Assembly (NCBI RefSeq): GCF_009914755.1
Contig: NC_060926.1
Reading direction: 5' to 3' (one strand)
From: the human T2T-CHM13v2.0 reference genome, Homo sapiens
Length of the DNA stretch: 64,000 nt
Shown here in pieces: positions 1 through 13,162 of this stretch. The notes beneath the pieces were generated by a model, which searched no databases, had not been told where the DNA came from, and worked only from the letters and a program-made list of their open reading frames with translations. Position 1 is the first letter of the stretch, and every line of letters begins with the position of its first letter. The translations under genes and the position numbers were made by a program.

Positions 1-1179
1 AGCTCCAATTCTATATTCCATCTAACAATTTCTTCACAGGTTGTATCCTTGAGGAAAAGTTCACAAGGCTGATTTATGAGTGGAAAAAGTAATTTAACAA
101 CAGTTGCATTCTGTAAATGCTGATACATAGATAAGATAGATATGACTGGTGTCTGAACGCATTAAAAAGAAACAAAATTATGTTCACATTATGTGGTAAA
201 ACATTGCTGTTTTTATTTTCCTGTAGTATAAATCAGCATATAGATTAATTCATTCATATAATTATATTTGCAGCTCTTTTACCTTTATTCATGGCTGTAA
301 CATTTTTATGGGAAAGAGCACTTTGCACATCAGTGTAAAACATCTTTTGAGCACTATGGCAGAAGGTCAGAGACGGTATGTGGGCCTGTGGACATTGTGA
401 ACCATCTGAGCTCTGCTAGGATAAAAAAGCAGATGCTTTGGCAATTTTACATTACAAACACCAGGAAGATTTTTAGACAATAGATCCTTGATTGCCAAGC
501 TGCTGAAGATAGTTATTTCATCTCTGGAACATAACTGGTCTGCTGGCATTACACCCACGTTACTCGAAGAGATGAAAATAAAATTATAAAGTGCTATGTA
601 AAGCCTGAAATGGCCACCTTTAAGTTTGATCTTCCCCTTAATGTTGCAGAGTTCATAAAATATGCATTAATTCCAGTTTTTAATAGCTTTTGTCAATCCA
701 TCTTTCTTCTTCAAATAGTAGACAATGCCTAATAGATTTCCCACACTGCACTTTCAGACTCGATATATCTTGTAATTTTACCTTTTTTTGTTTGTTTTTT
801 AAAGCAACATTTGTTAGATAAAGCACACAAAGCAATAAACAGCTTCTGCAGTATTGGAACTAGAAAAACTAGATCCATGTTGATAAGCCAGTTCATTCAC
901 TATAAGCAGATAGACTTTCACCAACAAAATATTACTATTGTAATATTTTTATAAGATTTAAATTTATGAAAATTTTTGAAACTGCTTCTAGTTTACATTT
1001 GCCTTTGCATCGTTTCTTTAATTCAAATAAAAACATTTTAATTTTAAAAGTCTACATTTAAACATTTTTTAAAAAGAGGAATTTTGTTGAAGATGACTTC
1101 CCTATTACCACCACCTGTGAAGTTCCTGAATTTTTCTGCAGCAATTAAAGAATAACAAATGTAAAATAAATAAATTTGT

Positions 1180-1461
1180 TAGACCTGACTTAAACCCCCT
1201 AAAAATTGGAAACAACTTAAATATTCCCAAAATAGATGAGAGATTAAATAAACTATGGTATATCATAACAGACATAATTTCATAATTTAGTCATTAAAAT
1301 CATAGCCTTGTAGAATAATGAATGACAAATGTCTTCAGAATAACACTAAGTGAAAAAGAACGCTAAGTGGGCAAATGTCTTCGGAATAATGCTAAGTGAA
1401 AAATGTAGGCTACAAAGGAGTATAGCAGAATGATTTTAATTTTATTTAAAGTATAAATAAG
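1180..1461 (+). mobile_element. Old L1M-type LINE-1 3' fragment, interrupted by MSTA
   Basis: Degenerate L1 3' motifs (aaaattggaaacaacttaaat..., aaataaactatggtatatc, taagtgaaaaa); boundaries approximate. Confidence 0.55.
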
Positions 1462-1870
1462 TGTGTTAGTCTGTTCTTACACTACCATAAATAAATACCT
1501 GAGACTGGATAATTTATAAAGAAAAGTATTTTAATTGGCCCATGGTTCTGCAGGCTGTACAGGAAGCATGACAGCTTCTAAAGAGGCCTCAGGAAACTTT
1601 TAATCATGGCAGAAGGCAAAGAGGAAGCCAGCATTTCACTTCCTTACCCCAGAGCAAGAGGAAAGGGAGGAGGGGAGGTGCTACTCACTTTTAAACAACC
1701 AGATGGTGTAAGAACTCTATCATGAGAATAGCACCAAAGGGATGGCTCTAAACCACTCATGAGAACTTCACTCCCATGATCCCATTGCGTTCTACCAGGC
1801 CTTTCCTCCAACACTGGGAATTCCAATTCGACATGAGATTTGGGTGAGGACGCAGATCCAAACCGTATCA
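1462..1870 (-). mobile_element. MSTA-type MaLR solo LTR
   Basis: Minus strand starts tgatacggtttggatctgcgtcctcacccaaatctcatg; TG..CA ends; 5-bp TSD ATAAG at 1457-1461 and 1871-1875. Confidence 0.9.
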
Positions 1871-1967
1871 ATAAGTTTATGTATGAAATATCTAGAAAAA
1901 AATACAACAAAATCAATCCAATTTTCTTCCTTCCGTGATAAAAGTCTAAGTGATTTATGTTTTCTAC

Positions 1968-2108
1968 TTTTTTTTTTTTTTTGTATTTTTAGTAGAGATG
2001 GGGTTTCACCATGTTAGCCAGGATGGTCTCCATCTCCTGACCTCGTGATCCGCCTGCCTCGGCCTCCCAAAGTGCTGGGATTACAGGCGTGAGCCACCGC
2101 ACCCGGCC
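1968..2108 (-). mobile_element. AluY-like left monomer only
   Basis: Alu 5' arm up to the A-rich linker; Y/Sc-type diagnostic gttagccaggatggtc; flanked by direct repeat gttttctacttttt. Confidence 0.9.
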
Positions 2109-3506
2109 AGGTTTTCTACTTTTTAACTTTCAATGTTTTTCACATTTTTTTATTGATACAGTTCATGTGAATCATAAAAAAATTAAAATTATTTTAATCA
2201 GTGATAAGTTTCCTCAGATACTTATGAATTGATAATAGTGTCACAGTGTAATCCTTATTAACTGCTAATGACCATAATAAATCCTTAATTCTAAATTAAA
2301 TATCAAAATGAATTTTTTTAATATTTAACACAAAGAAATAAATTGTCTAAGTATATATTGAGCAACTACTAAGTAAACAGCTGGTATATAACGTGCCATG
2401 AAATGTGAAAGAAGTGAGATTGATGATCAGAGGAATTAGTATGTAAGCCATCTAAAATATAGGAGCCAGAGTTCAGTACAGTCATGGAAACAGAAAAATG
2501 GACTAGGGAAGAACAAGTAATGAACTATCGTGTTAGATACTGGTGCACATGCTGGTTAGATGACATTGTGGGTTTGGCTTATCCGTTAAAGTACAGTAGA
2601 CACAATGCTGAGGCCCACAAAAATTAAATTTCTTTTATAATGCAAAGAAAAAACTAACTTCCAGGTTAAAAAATTAACTTTATGCCAACACAATTGTAAA
2701 ATATAATTTTGTGGCCCTGATTCAATGACTTGCTAAAAAATAGCATTTAAGGAAGCAGTTCCAATATCTCTAGAGAACAGAGATGAGAAAGTGCCTAAGC
2801 CCAGCAAGACCATATATAACTATGGTACAGCAAACTGTGAATGAAATAAGGAGCCAGAAACAGAGAGCAGCTGTAAATTATAAGATTGGTAAAAGAAACA
2901 GAGAATCTTGACAAGGGATTTGACAAGTCATTATAACATCAGATGTGGATCTGATGACAATACAGTTCTGTAGAGTTGTGGTTGCTCAACCCCAAGAGAA
3001 TTCTCTGTGACTGAGTTGCAGGCATCATCCTTCAAGACCTCCTGTTCTACTTGAGTGAAGATATTCTTTTCGAAATTTCACATTACACAAAACTGAGACA
3101 AACTACTATGCTGATTAACAGAATTAAGTTTTCAGAGTGAAAGACTGAAAATAGTGACATAAACAATTACAAATGTGATGTTCAATAAACGAATTGCAAG
3201 AGTACACAATGGAGAAATGCATATTCAAGAAGTTCTATGAAGGAGAGGTGGGTAGGTGGGTGGTTCACCCTAAGACCAAGACGGGCTCAGAGCATATGAC
3301 TGCCACTAAAACAAGCAAACAAGTGCAAACTTCGACTTGGACTTTAATAGAAATATAATCTCTAGATCAAGGAAAATTATTGTGTTCAATTCTGCATATT
3401 ATTTTTAGACAGAAGTTGCTATATTGTGACAAAGACACAAGAAGTAAACAAGTTGACAAGCAGTCCATAAACTACTGCTACCTGAAGAATTGGGATGTCT
3501 GGCCTG

Positions 3507-3521
3507 AAGAAGCGCGGGGGG

Positions 3522-3583
<62 letters not shown>

Positions 3584-3624
3584 TGACTGGGGGTGGGGCT
3601 TCGGTTGGGCCATAAGAAGCGCGG

Positions 3625-3674
<50 letters not shown>

Positions 3675-3706
3675 TGACTGGGGGTGGGGCTTCGGTTGGG
3701 CCATAA
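3507..3706. repeat. Two tandem copies of an aagaagcgc-(G)n-(TG)n-unique cassette
   Basis: Copy 1 has G9(TG)28 and copy 2 has G5(TG)22; both end in an identical tattgactgggggtggggcttcggttgggccat. Confidence 0.97.
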
Positions 3707-6194
3707 CGGCTGACCCTAAATGTTTGATGATGAGTTACCATGTAAAGCAGGAATCATTCTTATTTTGAATACTTTCTGAAAACAAAACCAAAGGATAACC
3801 ACTGTAGAGGAAAGGATTTTCACGACACTATGAATGAAATATTTTCTAATAATTAGAGTTTCCCAGTAATAAAATTCCTGGAAAAGTAGTGAATTATTTG
3901 GTACTAGAAATATGCAAGTACAAATCAGAGTATTGACCAATAATGCAATAGAAGTGATTCTTGTAATAGGCATGCAGTGGGACAGGATGAGCTCTCATAT
4001 TCTTTCAGAGTAGAATATTTTATTGAAGAGAGACACATACAAAAGACACAGTGAAGAAGAAAATGACAAGGGTGTATGGGAGGCCAGACATGGAAAGGCA
4101 AAGGAAAGAAATGAAAATCACAGCATGATGGTGTATGCCACACATCATACATAGGCTAAAATACAAGGGATACCAACTGGTGAGCTCCCCCTCACACATT
4201 GTACATGTCCTTATCCCTGTTGTACACCCAGCTCAGCCCTTTGCAGGGCACAGCTCAATGAAGCCACACCGGGGAATCAATGCAGGCTCACTGTTAAGTT
4301 AATTTATCTGCCTGCTCTTTCAGGGACTGTTAGAAGCACCAAGAGCACAGCCAGAGTGTCATAAACAGGTAAACTTTATAAGCAGTCAGCTCTTCAAAAT
4401 CAAATGCTCTCAGTCCAAGGCAAGGAAAAGCAGAATATACAAAAGAAAATCTGTGAGAATTATTATTGTGAGTTGTGGTGGATACTATTAAGTGATGCCA
4501 TTTACGATCATCAAAATAATGCATATTGTCCCCTGGAATTTGTTCTCTGACATGAAAACAACTGGAGAAAACTAGGGCTTTTATCAATATCTCATTTTAA
4601 GAAATGTGGATTAAGTATAAATAATTATAGAAAGAAATCAAAAGACAATAAAACAAAATGGAAGGCAGATTTAGACTTTTCATCCTTCAAGTATAAACCT
4701 GAATGTTCAAGTTTTATTCATTCCTATGCAGTTTAAATTATTAGCATTTTATTATGTAAAGCTGCAAATTTGGTTTTACAGTGAAATAAATTTTTTAACA
4801 CCTGTTTCCTTTTCTGTAAAATAAAAGATTTAAGCAACATGATTGCTACAGCCCATTTCAATTCTGAAATTCAACAATTAATAGATTATATTTACTATTT
4901 ACTACAGCCACCAGAGTAGATAATTTTGAGAGACCTTGTTGGAATTAGTCTCAAATCATTTTCAGATTCTCATTAGCAGGCAAGAGTTGAAATAATGGAA
5001 GCTATTATTTCCCAACTACCATCAGTATGCAAGTCTCAAAGAAAGATGATAGAAGCAAACAGTCTCAATTATTAGAAACATGGCTTTCATGTCAATAGGT
5101 TGAGGGTACAGAACAGAATGTTGATGGAACCTAGAAATGCTCTTTCTGCTCACACTATACAATGGTGCTTGTGGAATTAATTTCTTGTAAGAATCAAATA
5201 GGAGCCTTTAAGTCTGATTTGCGTGATTTCCCAGTTGCCTTTCTGGGGAGCCAGGAGTTTTATTATGAACCCTCACGGTGATCCAGAAGTTGAAGGGATA
5301 ATTATTCTTGTTAAACGTCACATTGCAGTAAGATATCCTCCTAGAAATATAGGAATATGAAATAAGACTTAAAATTGGATTCTGCTATTCACAATTATGT
5401 GTGCCTTTTGACTATTTGAGCATATTCAGCATACAAAGCATGCCCATTAAGTGACATAAACTTCTACACTAGCTGAGAAATATCATGGTAGAAACTCTAA
5501 AAAGGAAGTATATGATTGAACATTTTGGCTCAAAGCCATAAGTTACTGTGAGCTCAGAATGAAAGATAAGATAAAAGCAAGGACTGTAAAAGTATCTAAA
5601 AATACATATGATACAAGATTTTCAAAATAAAAAAAGACAGCTAAAAATGGTGCAGAGATCCTTAAGAGCCTTCAAAGTGTATCTTAACAATAATAACTCA
5701 AATGTCCCTGAGAGAACCTGATTAACAGTGAGCAAGAAATCCCTATTAACCTTTACCAGCTTCAAATGATGACATGTTCACATCATTTCATGTAATAGAT
5801 AAACAGGAAATCAAATAAGACCATTTTGGAGTAATTGGAATATTGCAATATAAAGAATCTGCCGCAGAGTAGATAATCAACAAATGTTAGTTTTCCTGGG
5901 AAAGCACCATCTCTAACGATTATCCCTGGATATTTTGTGAAAACAGTATACTTCTGGTAAATCAAAAATTCAATCAGAATATTCCTCCGTAGTTTAATTC
6001 TAAGCTACTCTAGTTCTGTGATATTTGATATACACCATAGTTTTAAATCCAAGACCCTTGTTCCAAAGAACTTGAAAGAGTTACTAAAATTAGAAACATA
6101 CTCACTGTTAAGATGAACAGTGGCAAACACATACTGCATGGTCAAGAAATTATGTCTGATGTTTACATAGTCACAGGAGTTGTTCCTCACCAAA

Positions 6195-6365
6195 CAGTAG
6201 TTCTCAAACTGTAGTAAGCATGAGAATCACTCAGAGAGTTTCCTGAAAATGGTGATGCTCTATGCTAACTCCCATTCTTTAGAAGGGCCAAGAAATCTGC
6301 ATTTTAACCATCATCTGGGTATTTTGGAAACACATTTGTTCTCAGAGTATACTTGGAGAAACCAT
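6195..6365. mobile_element. MER5-type hAT-Charlie DNA transposon
   Basis: Termini cagtagttctcaaact and ttggagaaaccatg; internal gagaatcact and aatctgcattttaac motifs. Confidence 0.75.
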
Positions 6366-7756
6366 GTCCAAAACATATGTGGCTGCTTCTCAATGAACTT
6401 TGTCTGCTAAAATGAGAGACATAGAATCTTAGCATCGATGTGATTGTCTGAGTGGATTTCAAATGCAATGGCGTGCTAGTTCTGCCTTGGACAGATTTTC
6501 ATAATTGAGTGGCTTAGGTGGGGACCCAATATAACTAATCAGAATGTGATTGATGCCACAGCTGATAAAGGTGAACTATACTCACTAATGCGCTACACTC
6601 TGGGAGCTTCTTTATGCTGGAGGCTGGGACTGTTGCCCAGACTCTGTGATTGTAATGAAGATAGGCATGGGTCTTTAATGTTTTCTACCTCCTACTCCAA
6701 ATGCTGAAAAATGGTTAGTATTGAGTATTTTTATACATAGCAAGAACAAGATAGACTGAGTTGGAAATTCTAGTCCCATATATCCCACTGACAATATTCT
6801 AATATAATTTCTTTTCTAATGTTCTATTAAAATGATTGATGTCAAATTAAACCTTTGGAATGGTGGCTGGTCATGTGAAAAAGTGACAGTTGGCCAGGAT
6901 GCCATTATTAACATTTTGCATTCAGACTGATTTAACAACCCTGCTCCACTCGGCATTATATGTGTGCATTTACCCCAATTTGTACTTCCTAAAAAATGCT
7001 CTTCAATGAATAAATTGGCTCATGACAGCTGTTCCTTACCTTTTTCTAAATCTCATTTGTAAATAAGGCTCAGCCACCTAGCAATCAAAAGGTTGTTATA
7101 GATTACTTTGTAGAATTTTTACTGATCCAAGTTATTTCTTATTTCCAAGTTATGGAAAATAACTCATTATGTATTTTCTCTCTATACACTCGTCAGGCTT
7201 TAAAAACCATGTCCTCCAAAATGGAGACAAAAGAAAATCAAAGAGGTAAATCGAATATGCCAAATTTTGGAGAGTAAAAATATCATTATATGCAAACCTG
7301 ATACATTTCATAACCTGAGTGACATCCCTTAGACCTCCAGTGCACTGGCAAGCTCTAGAAACCACCTGATCCAAGCTATCAGAATACCAAAACACCTGAA
7401 TGCTATGTCTAAAATTAGACTATTGAAATTCTCCCTGGATTGTCACTTTGCTTTATTACCAACACATTTTTTCTCTGGGTGTCACAGTTGCTTTAAATGA
7501 GTAAAGAGTGCCACCAAGCGGCAGCATGATATTCATAAATCAATTCTATTTTCCTTCAGAAAAAATATACTTTACCTTTGTTAATTGTGCTGACATTCTT
7601 AAGAGAGACAGGATTACTCACATGATTTAAAACATTTAATTTCAATGTTCAAGTTATATCTCAGTAAAAAAGCACATTTTGCTAGATTGATGAGCAAATT
7701 TGCTATGATACATTTTTTAAACATGAAAGTTCTATCTGCAGTATTTGTAAAAAGGA

Positions 7757-8964
7757 CAGTCATGCATTGCTTAACAATGGGGATACATTCTGAGAAATTC
7801 ATCATTAAGCAATTTTATCTTTGTGGGAACATCATAGCGTGTATTTATACAAACCTGGATACTATAGTATGCTACACACCTAGGCCATGTGGTATAGCCT
7901 ATTGCTCCTAAGCTACAAACCTGAACAGTATGTTACTGTACAGAAGGCAACTGTAACACAATGGTAAGTGCTTCTGTATTTAAAAATATCTAAACAGTAA
8001 AGGTACAGAAAATAAAGTATAAAAGGTTTTTTTATAAAGCACACCTCTATAGGGCACTTACCATGAATGGAGTTTGCAGGATTGGGAGGTGCCCTGCGTG
8101 AGTCAATGAGTGAATGGTTAGTGAGGAACGGAATGTGTTAGTAATGGAATGTGAGCCCTAGGACATTCGTGTACACAACTACAGGCTTTAGAAACACTGT
8201 ATGCTTAGGCTACACTAAATTTATTTTAAATTCTTTCTTTCTTCAATAATAAATTAACCTTGGCTTACTGGAACTGTTTACAAACTTTTCAATTTTTTTT
8301 TTACTTTTTGACTCTTGTAATAACACTTAGCTTACACACATATTGTATAGCTACACAAAAGTATTTTTTCTTTATATTCTTATTCTATAAGCTTTTTCTA
8401 TTTTTAAAAGTTTTTATTTTTACTTACTTTGTAAAAATTTCTGTTAAAAATTAAGACACAAACACACATATTAACCTAAGGATCATGAACATCACTGTCT
8501 TTCCCCTCCATGTCTTGTCCCAGTGGAAGGTCTTCAGGAGCAATAGCAGGCATGGAGCTGTTATATCATCTCCTATGATAACAGTGCCTTCCTCTGGAAT
8601 ACTTCCTGAAGAACCTGTCTGAGGCTGTTTTACAGTTAAATTTTTTATAAGTAGAAGGAGTACACTCTAACAATAAAAGTATAGTACAGTAAATACATAA
8701 ACCAGTAACATAGTTGCTTACTAACATTGTCAAGTATTATGTACTATACACAATTCTATATGCTATATTTTATATGACTGGCAGCACAGTAAATTTGTTT
8801 ATACCATTACCACAAACATGTGAGTAATGCATTTCACCATGACATTATGATGCCTATGACATGACTAGGTGATAGGAATTTTTCAGCTCCATTATAATCT
8901 GTAGGACCACCAACAGATATGTGGTCTATTGTTGACTGAAATGTCATTATGTGGAGCATAACTG
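7757..8964 (+). mobile_element. Tigger3b/MER7-type Tc1-mariner non-autonomous DNA transposon
   Basis: Starts cagtcatgcattgcttaacaatggggatacattctgagaaa and ends gtcattatgtggagcataactg followed by TA; about 1.2 kb. Confidence 0.85.
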
Positions 8965-9499
8965 TATTAATAAGAATCCAATTTCCAAATCTTATTAGCT
9001 ACATAGTGACTACTGGTATGGAAACCTGCAGTTTCCAGACAAAACTTTTTTTATTATACAAAATGTTGTTTCTGTCCAGATATTTCAAGAATATCAGATC
9101 AGGGGCAAAAGGGTAATTTTTTTTAGTATGTATTGCATAATCCCAGCAATGCTGACATTTAATCCCAGCTCCACATTGAGGGGAAATAAGGTATTCTCAT
9201 TATCCCAACTTCCTTTTCAAAGGACTGTGCAATTTTGTGAAAATAAAGTCCATAGATAGTCCTCTAAATCTATTACAGTTATTAGTTCTGCTTCTGTATT
9301 CATGTATCCCCTCATTAAACAAACATGTACTGAGCATCTACCCTGCCAAGAACAGTGCCAAGAAGAAAATGACTAGACCAGTCCTGTCCTAATGATAATC
9401 GTAACAAGCTGGGGTCCCTTGGTTCTGATTAGCTCTGTTGGAAACTTCAAGCTCTCTAAATCAAGACAATTTTATTTATAATAATGCATTATATTTGTG

Positions 9500-9710
9500 A
9501 GCATTTTCTAAAGCTTTCAGAATGATTTTGCATTTATAATTTCACTTACAGTCACAATGACTTTGACCATGTACAATAGCTGTGAGAGCTGTTAATTATT
9601 ATCCTTATAGTTCAGGATGTGGTTAAATGACTTACCTAAGATGTCATAGGAAGGTGGTGCCAAGATCAAAATTAAAATCTTCTAACTTCCTAAACTGTGC
9701 TCTTTCTAGG
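9500..9710 (-). mobile_element. MIR SINE fragment
   Basis: Core motif ggttaaatgacttacctaagatgtcatag. Confidence 0.6.
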
Positions 9711-10544
9711 AGGCCATTGCTCCTTATGATAAATACATTAAAATTAGCATGATATTTTGAGCAAGGTCATTATCACAGGAAGTTCTACAATAATTATAAT
9801 GATGCTGACACTTGGTAAAATATTTTTGGAACTCTTGTTTTAAATTTCTCTTTCTGGGAATATAAGAAAATCAGTCTCATTACATGTTTCATTCAACAGA
9901 GATTTATTCAGTATCTGTCACTTGCATGCACTACACTGGGTGATATTGGGATATAAAGATGATCCAGTTGGCAAGAAATTTACAATGTAGTAGGCACAAT
10001 GAGAAATGTCGCACTGGTGCTTTTTTACTTAATAGATTTGCATGGACATTGTATGGGCATAATGCATATTGTACTTTATTGAATCTAAAGTGTTATTAAA
10101 CACACTATTTTATGTTCCAATAGGAGAAAATCACTGACAATTAAATTGTGACAAGTTGCTTTCCCATAATTTAAAAATAGTTTACATTTATTTTAAGAGC
10201 CATTTAGTCTTACTTTGACAGAGATCTTTTTTAACATATTAGTCTATTGCGTATATAAAAAGAAAAATACAGCAAAATAAATTGGTTAAGGCAATAATTC
10301 ATAATCACCACAACTGCTGCCTCATCGTTGGTAACTGTAAAACACCAGTGATTATTATATATTCTCCAAGTTGAGAGTTAAAATGTAATTTAAAAAAGGA
10401 TTTTTAGAATCATTTAAGGGCATATTTTCTGATCAGTTTCTAAAACAGTCATTGTGTAATGGAGCTAGAACAACTCATGAAAAAAATGATACAATGCTTT
10501 AACTCCTTTATTTTTGTCTTTGGGCGCTATTATTAATCACCACA

Positions 10545-10740
10545 GTAGTTGAGAGCATGCATTACAGAGTCCATGAGGCCCAAGTATTGGTTCTACTGCT
10601 TACAAGCTATGTGACTTTTTGGCAGATAAATGACCCTTTCTGAGCTTCAGAACCCCCACATGTAAAAATGGGAATAATGAAATAATGAAATTAAAGCATT
10701 AAATGAAATAATGTACTAACACACTTAACACATAGCCAGT
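10545..10740 (+). mobile_element. MIR SINE
   Basis: gctatgtgac...ctctttctgagcttcag-like core followed by tgtaaaaatgggaataat. Confidence 0.7.
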
Positions 10741-11963
10741 AGTACTTTTATATTTGAGTGTGGCTAAGCTCTGGTTATTCTTCTCAATAAAATAATGATA
10801 ACTAAACTGTTGAGTGCAGGAATAGTTTAAAAGGCTGCTTTCTCCCCTCTCCAGTGATAGAATGTGCAGCATCACCCTTTCAGCTGACTCTTGAAAGTCT
10901 TGGATCCCACTTTCACCAAGGTAAGAAAAGAATTAACTGCTCTGGCTTAAAGCCATTCCTGAGTAGCTAACAATTGACAATAAGAATAAATAAACCTGAG
11001 AGAGAAATTCAGTTTCCAAATTCATCCCTTATCTTCAAACATTTAAATATTAAGAAGACTATACAGAAGCATGTTTATCCCTAATATATTCATAAAGTCA
11101 TAATCACAGTATTCCAAAAAAACTGAATTTAAACACTATCAAGTAAACTACCCCAGTCAGAAGAGGTACAAACTGAAAAAAATTAAATAAAAATATTGGA
11201 AAGCCTGCCGTCTCAGATAATGTGAGCACCAGAATCATGATAATGAAGAACAGTTCAGGAAAAGCAAGCAAGGCAGAGAATCTAAATCAGCTGGTTACAG
11301 TTAGCTTCTGGGTGACGGATAGCCTGGCTGCTGCCTTTGCTTCCCTAGTCCACCTCTGTGAGGGGTGGAACCAAGCCAAGCCCATAAATCAGACACAGCC
11401 TCGAGGTTGAGACTTGTTAATAGAACATAAAGACAAACTTCAGAGACAACCTGCACCTCTCAACCCTCCCTAAGGCTGGCAAGGCCAAATATCCTAAGGC
11501 ACTGAAAGCCGTTTCTAGGTCACTTTCTGAGTAGGAAAGGAAGCTTTAATTTTAACTATTCCTCCGCTCCAGATGCCTGATTACCATCATTAGCACTTAC
11601 CACCTATTATATGCTTTTTTAATTTAAAAACTATATAAAATTATAAAGAACAAAAATATTTTACTAATGCAATATAAGCCTTAGTATTTCTGAAAATGTA
11701 TTTATCAACTGTGAACACTTTCTAGTCATTTTCATTGAAAAAGAATGCAAAATAATCCTATGGATAGAAGTAAAATGGACAAATAAACTAATATTTGTAA
11801 AGGTGTACAGTATTTATTTCCACTTCACCAGAGGGAGTACATATGTCTGTTTCATTATTCATATGCCACGATTTTAGTTTTCCTGCTTGCTAAAGAATGT
11901 TCTAAGCCCCCAGGCAACAGATTTCAGTAAATGATGGCTGAAATTCATTCACTGCATTATAGC

Positions 11964-11988
11964 AAAAAAAAAAAAAAAAAAAAAAAAA
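11964..11988. repeat. Poly(A)25 tract
   Basis: 25 consecutive A with no adjacent recognisable Alu or L1 body. Confidence 0.95.
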
Positions 11989-12726
11989 TCACAGAAGATG
12001 TGAGTAACAATGTTCAGGGTTTCCTTTTCCGTGGAGCATTGTAACTACAATTCCTTTGACATCAAGAACTAGTCAGCCTTTGTGTATTATGAATGCTTAT
12101 ACAGCAAATTAATATAATATGAACTTTATGTTAATAAAAACAATTTTACCTGTGCCTCTGTTCTCAAAGGTGAAAAATCACTTAATAGGTGGTCTACCGT
12201 GAACCTAAATGTTGTAATAAGGTCAAAATGATAATAAAGCAATTTTCACATTAATAGTCTTCTCAATGCTAAAATCATAATAACTCTCTGGATTGTTCTC
12301 ATAAGAAGCTACCTTAGTTTAAAATTCAAGATACAAAATCAAGCACAGTTCTTTCTGTACAGTTGTTTTTTAGTCTCTCCCTCAAGTAGCATATTTTTAA
12401 TGCCCTTTTTAACTTAGACATAATGAGAAACGCTACATGAAAATATTAAACAGATTTAAGTTTCTGATCTATTCATGGCCTTAGGTAGAAAACTTACATT
12501 TAAAATTATCAGTGAAGAATTAAAAACTATTTTATTAAGGCTATCCATTAATCCATGTCATCCTGATCTGGTCTAATTACAACAGTAAATTCTGTCCATG
12601 CAATATTACATTTCAGCTCTGAAGAAGATTAGGAATGTCACTGATGTAGCATAAGCACACTCAAAATGGAGGGAAAATATTTCCCACAGAATGCCACTCA
12701 TGATGTCCTGATTATAATATGCAGGA

Positions 12727-13162
12727 GCTTTTAGTTTGCTTTCAGTGTCCCCAAAACTCATTTTGGAAACTTAATTTCCAGTATGGCAATGTTGGGGGAT
12801 GGAATATGTGGGAAGTAGGCTCTAATAGGAAGCTTTTGGGTCATGAGTGCTGCCCTTCTGGGTGGCTTGATGCCATTCTTGCAGTAGTGAGTGAGTTTTT
12901 GCTCTCCGGAGACTGGATTAGTCCCCAGAGACTAATCCACAAGAGTAGGTTTCTATTTTAAAAAAGCCCAGCCTCTTTTTGCATGCACTTGCTTCTCCTT
13001 CCACTTTCTGCCATGAGTTTAATTCACATGAGACCCTCACCAGACAGGCTGCCCAGCTTTGGACTTCCCAGGCTCCAGAATCATGAGCCAAATGAACTCC
13101 TTTTCTTTCTAAATTGCCCACTCTCGGGCATTCTCTTATAGGAACACAAAATGAACAAAGAC
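12727..13162 (+). mobile_element. MST-family (MSTC/MSTD-like) MaLR LTR
   Basis: tgtccccaaaactcat..., ttggacttcccaggctccagaatcatgagccaaatgaact, ends aacacaaaatgaacaaagaca. Confidence 0.75.

Noticed and set aside
1326-1403. Short local duplications (also at 39311-39336, 51078-51113 and 59060-59113)
   Set aside because: Ordinary slippage products with no further structure.
3507-3706. Repeat-spacer-like layout suggesting CRISPR
   Set aside because: Only two copies, the spacers are microsatellite, the context is primate and there are no cas genes.
3380-3741. ORFs rich in CV or HT dipeptides
   Set aside because: Translations of (TG)n/(CA)n microsatellites.
11964-11988. Orphan polyA as a retrocopy tail
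   Set aside because: No recognisable upstream body or TSD; probably an expanded mononucleotide run.
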